Below, piece by piece: positions 59,584 to 64,000 of a stretch of DNA of 64,000 nt. The stretch lies in the NCBI GenBank assembly GCA_964016885.1, contig OZ024740.1:193626001-193690000 (forward strand), read 5' to 3'. Source of the stretch: Eledone cirrhosa. Lineage: Eukaryota. Under the pieces are notes generated by a model. That model searched no databases, had not been told where the DNA came from, and was given only the letters and a program-made list of their open reading frames with translations. How positions within the stretch are numbered: position 1 is the stretch's first letter; every line of letters begins with the position of its first letter. Position numbers and translations under genes: made by a program.

Positions 59584-59754
59584 ACTAATCACACTTGATC
59601 ATATTTCTCTATCCCGTTTTCTCCTCCCATAATTATTATATTTTTATTATTATTGGTTTTTTGTCGGAGATTCCTTCATAGAAGCCTCATTCGTATAGCC
59701 AATGAATTCTTGGCGCGATCGTTTTGGAAAATGTAATGTCTAGATATAAGCGAG

Positions 59755-59840
59755 CTTCCTGAAGAATCCGGCGCTCGAGTTTATGTAATTATTACATAAT
59801 TATTGGAAAACTCAAAACACGGACGAAACCATGGTAGAGG
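59755..59840 (+). ncRNA. Hammerhead ribozyme, array copy 1
   Basis: cttc-CTGAAGA-aTCCG..gagttt..aaactc..CGGAc-GAAA-CCATGG-TA-gagg; predicted cleavage after 59836. Confidence 0.8.
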
Positions 59841-60414
59841 TATTTAAATGTATTCTATTTTCTCCTAGTTTATTTTAAACCTAATTCTGTTTAGTTGACT
59901 GTATCTAGGCGATTACGCTCTCGAAATATTCGATAAATATTCCGCTACGGCCGACGCGAAGCGCTACTTTCGGTTATTTGTCAGAGATTCCTTCATAGAA
60001 GCCTCATTCGTATAGCCTGGTCTATTCGATTTCTTATATAGTTAATTATGCAAATTGGGAGAGGAAATAGTTTATATTTTATCTTGTGATTCTATAGACA
60101 TGATTTATGATATATAGCTCTGATTGTTTAATTTATTAATTTTTCATTGCGCCACAAAGTGACCAGTTGCAAAACACGTATATGTATGTGTATGTATATA
60201 TATATATGTAATCTGTTATATGTAATAATCTCCCACTAGGTTGAGATACACATTTGGCTGTATTGTGCTGTGCTTTCTAGCAAAATGCCACCAGTCGTAA
60301 GCAACTACCACACCCCTTCCAACTTGACCGCGACTACGTCAAGATTTTTAGCCATTTTGAAATGAATTCTTGGCGCGATCGTTTTGGAAAATTTAATGTC
60401 TAGATATGAGCGAG

Positions 60415-60500
60415 CTTCCTGAAGAATCCGGCGCTCGAGTTTATATAATTATTACATAATTATTTGAAAACTCAAAACACGGACGAAACCATGGTAGAGG
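60415..60500 (+). ncRNA. Hammerhead ribozyme, array copy 2
   Basis: Same fold; predicted cleavage after 60496. Confidence 0.8.
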
Positions 60501-61072
60501 TATTTAAATGTATTCTATTTTCTCCTAGTTTATTTTAAACCTAATTCTGTTTAGTTGACTGTATCTAGGCGATTACGCTCTCGAAATATTCGATAAATAT
60601 TCCGCTACGGCCGACGCGAAGCGCTACTTTCGGTTATTTGTCAGAGATTCCTTCATAGAAGCCCCATTCGTATAGCCTGGTCTATTCGATTTCTTATATA
60701 GTTAATTATGCTAATTGGGAGAGGAAATAGTTTATATTTTATCTTGTGATTCTATAGACATGATTTATGATATATAGCTCTGATTGTTTAATTTATTAAT
60801 TTTTCATTGCGCCACAAAGTGACCAGTTGCAAAACACGTATATGTATGTGTATGTATATATATATGTAATCTGTTATATGTAATAATCTCCCACTAGGTT
60901 GAGATACACATTTGGCTGTATTGTGCTGTGCTTTCTAGCAAAATGCCACCAGTCGTAAGCAACTACCACACCCCTTCCAACTTGACCGCGACTACGTCAA
61001 GATTTTTAGCCATTTTGAAATGAATTCTTGGCGCGATCGTTTTGGAAAATTTAATGTCTAGATATGAGCGAG

Positions 61073-61158
61073 CTTCCTGAAGAATCCGGCGCTCGAGTTT
61101 ATATAATTATTACATAATTATTTGAAAACTCAAAACACGGACGAAACCATGGTAGAGG
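61073..61158 (+). ncRNA. Hammerhead ribozyme, array copy 3
   Basis: Same fold; predicted cleavage after 61154. Confidence 0.8.
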
Positions 61159-61730
61159 TATTTAAATGTATTCTATTTTCTCCTAGTTTATTTTAAACCT
61201 AATTCTGTTTAGTTGACTGTATCTAGGCGATTACGCTCTCGAAATATTCGATAAATATTCCGCTACGGCCGACGCGAAGCGCTACTTTCGGTTATTTGTC
61301 AGAGATTCCTTCATAGAAGCCCCATTCGTATAGCCTGGTCTATTCGATTTCTTATATAGTTAATTATGCTAATTGGGAGAGGAAATAGTTTATATTTTAT
61401 CTTGTGATTCTATAGACATGATTTATGATATATAGCTCTGATTGTTTAATTTATTAATTTTTCATTGCGCCACAAAGTGACCAGTTGCAAAACACGTATA
61501 TGTATGTGTATGTATATATATATGTAATCTGTTATATGTAATAATCTCCCACTAGGTTGAGATACACATTTGGCTGTATTGTGCTGTGCTTTCTAGCAAA
61601 ATGCCACCAGTCGTAAGCAACTACCACACCCCTTCCAACTTGACCGCGACTACGTCACGATTTTTAGCCATTTTGAAATGAATTCTTGGCGCGATCGTTT
61701 TGGAAAATTTAATGTCTAGATATGAGCGAG

Positions 61731-61816
61731 CTTCCTGAAAAATCCGGCGCTCGAGTTTATATAATTAATACATAATTATTGGAAAACTCAAAACACGGAC
61801 GAAACCATGGTAGAGG
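61731..61816 (+). ncRNA. Hammerhead ribozyme, array copy 4, G8->A mutant
   Basis: Core reads CTGAAAA instead of CTGAAGA. Confidence 0.7.
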
Positions 61817-62619
61817 TATTTAATTGTATTCTATTTTCTCCTAGTTTATTTTAAACCTAATTCTGTTTAGTTGACTGTATCTAGGTGATTACGCTGTCGA
61901 AATATCCGATAAATATTCCGCTACGGCCGACGCGAAGCGCTACTTTCGGTTATTTGTCGGAGATTCCTTCATAGAAGCCTCATTCGTATAGCCTGGTCTA
62001 TTCAATTTCTTATATAGTTAATTATGCTAATTGGGAGAGGAAATAGTTTATATTTTATCTTGTGATTCTACAGACATGCCTTATGATATATATATATATA
62101 TGGTGGCTGCCAACTCGTTTTCGAGTACGGCCACTACTTTATATCCATGTAGGAGAACCCCTACCGATGCGCTGAATGAATGTGAAAACTCTGGTACAAA
62201 CGACTTGAAAACTCTTGTACAAACTGTGGTACAAACACTTGACTTGTGACAATTATTGACACATAGTGCTGGGCCCATGGTATCATGTGATGACAAGTGC
62301 AAAGAGATCTCCAGATATAAAGCAATGCCTGTGCCGTGAAGCTTTTATAGTGAGCAAAGGCACTGCACAAATCCACTCCCACTCTCTTAACCAAGATGAT
62401 ATTACCAAAAAGAAGAACAAGTCAACATCATTGGATACCATCAGGGTTGCAGGTGTTATATCAGAGTTTTCCTTCTCCTAGAAGTCTGCCTTGACAAAGG
62501 CTAAGGAGTCATCTCCCCCGGTCATTTTGGATGTCCATTGACTCTTAAGAGCTCCTTCGCCGTATGACATGTATATGTGTTTGTGCGTGCGTGTATGTGT
62601 GTGTATATATGTATATATA

Positions 62620-64000
62620 GTCCTGGGTATGACATTCAACTACATCCAGTGGCAAGGCTCTAGTTCGGGAGTTCAGCAGCTGTGGGGAATTTGGAGTTAC
62701 GCCTTAGTTGTCGTAACTCCCAGGTCTGCTCTGGCCCGGAGTAGTAGTAACTGTTATGGCCCCATTTATAGGCTAAATAATTACCTTATTCGAGTGGCGC
62801 CGATAAGGTATTATCAGCCATTGAAAATAACATGGAGAGTGTATTTAAAAGAACTAGGATTAGAGCCCCTAACTACACTGTCAAGGAGCAGTCTTGTCAT
62901 TGTCACTCTGCTGGTTAGAGGCACAGGGAGGGTCAGTGGATGATGGATCAGTTGTCTCTAAGACAAATATAAAGATTGCAGTATTGCACTGCAGAAGAGC
63001 CATTAAAATAGGCACTCTGAATGTGAGGACTATTCGGATGCTGGAGAAGAGAGAAGATTTGGGACATATGTTCGAGGTGAGTGGTATGCAGATACTTGCG
63101 ATCAAGAACACAGGATCCTACACGATGAGCCCGTGAGGAGTGTGATGATTGGGAAGAGGAGCCAGCTCATCACCACATCAACAGTGAATAACATGACCAA
63201 TGCTGCAGTAGGGGGAGTGGGTTTTGTTTTCAGCGCAAAAACCAGTCTATTGGTGAGGGAAATAATACCTGTCTCCCCGCGATTGTTGAGAGTGACCTTC
63301 AATGGAAACCCAAGCATATAGTCCAACTAAGGGAAACAGTGATGTGAGTGCGTAACAGTTCCATGGGGAGGTGTGTAGAGCTGTCAATACCACACAAGCT
63401 CACAACATCCTGCTTTTTCTGGGGGACGTCAATGCACATCTGAGTAAGGAGAGCAGTGAAGGTCCTTGCTGGTATTTCCATAACAACACCAACCGAAATG
63501 GAAGACTACTGAGAGACACTCTGGAGGCGAACTTGATAGCAACCAGTCTAAGGTTTAGGAAGAATCCGTGGAAGATGTGGACCTACATCTCAGATATGCA
63601 CTTGTCCAAGTCCCAGATTGATTTCATTCTGGAGAGGAAAAAGCATCGGATTAGTGTTCTGAAACCAGAACCATACACCTATTTCAGTACACTGGGCAGT
63701 ACCCACCGGCCTGTTATGAGTGAGGTCCGAGTGAGCTTAAGAAAGAGCAAGGCTCAGTCCCAGAGAGCAATCTATGACTATAGAGCTTTCAAGGAAGATG
63801 ATAAGCTACAGGAGAAGTTCACAGTAGATGTGAGGAAGAGGTTCAGTGCTCTGTGTGGAGAGACAGAGTAGAGAGAGATTGGAGGGACTGAGGATAGTGT
63901 GACAATGATGTACGGATACTTCACCAATTCAGTGGCGGAAACAAGTGAGACCCTGGTGTAGAAGAGAAAGAACAAAAGGAAGAACGTCAGCTCTGCAGAC
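62620..64000 (+). mobile_element. 5' part of a decayed RTE-like LINE (putative 5' UTR plus APE endonuclease), running off the window
   Basis: IKIGTLNVRTIR, AVGGVGFVFS, VSPRLLRVTFNGNP, GDVNAHL, NTNRNGRLL, SQIDFIL. Confidence 0.8.

Larger units (their letters stand above)
59658..62095 (+). repeat. Tandem array of 658-660-bp units (~3.6 copies), each with one hammerhead; retrozyme-like
   Basis: aatgaattcttggcgcgatcg occurs at 59701, 60361, 61019 and 61677. Copies are nearly identical and CpG-rich. The array ends in an (AT)n tract. Confidence 0.95.

Noticed and set aside
59955-59988. Possible second, antisense hammerhead in the array unit (CTGACAA..GAAAG..CTT)
   Set aside because: No stem II or stem I pairing, and C3/A8 mismatch.
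62455-62525. ccttctcctag..ggctaaggag motif as a possible HDV-like ribozyme of a LINE UTR
   Set aside because: I could not build the nested double pseudoknot by hand; it needs a descriptor search.

Overview
AT-rich, gene-poor eukaryotic DNA, probably octopus/cephalopod (inferred from the SINE/RTE repeat content and extreme (TA)n load). I can support no host protein-coding exon; most ORF-track entries are microsatellite read-throughs. The window is a nest of mobile elements. It holds four Penelope-like elements (PLEs; RT and/or GIY-YIG remnants bracketed by long inverted repeats, mostly ending at (TA)n/AT-rich sequence), RTE-clade LINEs (one near full length), an R4/Dong-like element, five tRNA-derived SINEs and a non-autonomous Helitron. 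The most striking signal is non-coding. By eye I find about 20 type I hammerhead ribozyme (HHR) folds, ranging from intact to degenerate. They include a young tandem array of 658-660 bp units with one HHR per unit (59.7-62.1 kb) and three terminally redundant or tandem HHR-bearing units of 307, 321 and 531 bp. Together these look like a family of retrozyme-like, possibly circRNA-producing, non-autonomous elements that may be mobilised by the (TA)n-associated PLEs. PLE hammerheads and metazoan retrozymes are known classes; whether these particular families are described cannot be checked here. All folds and coordinates were read by hand and are approximate.
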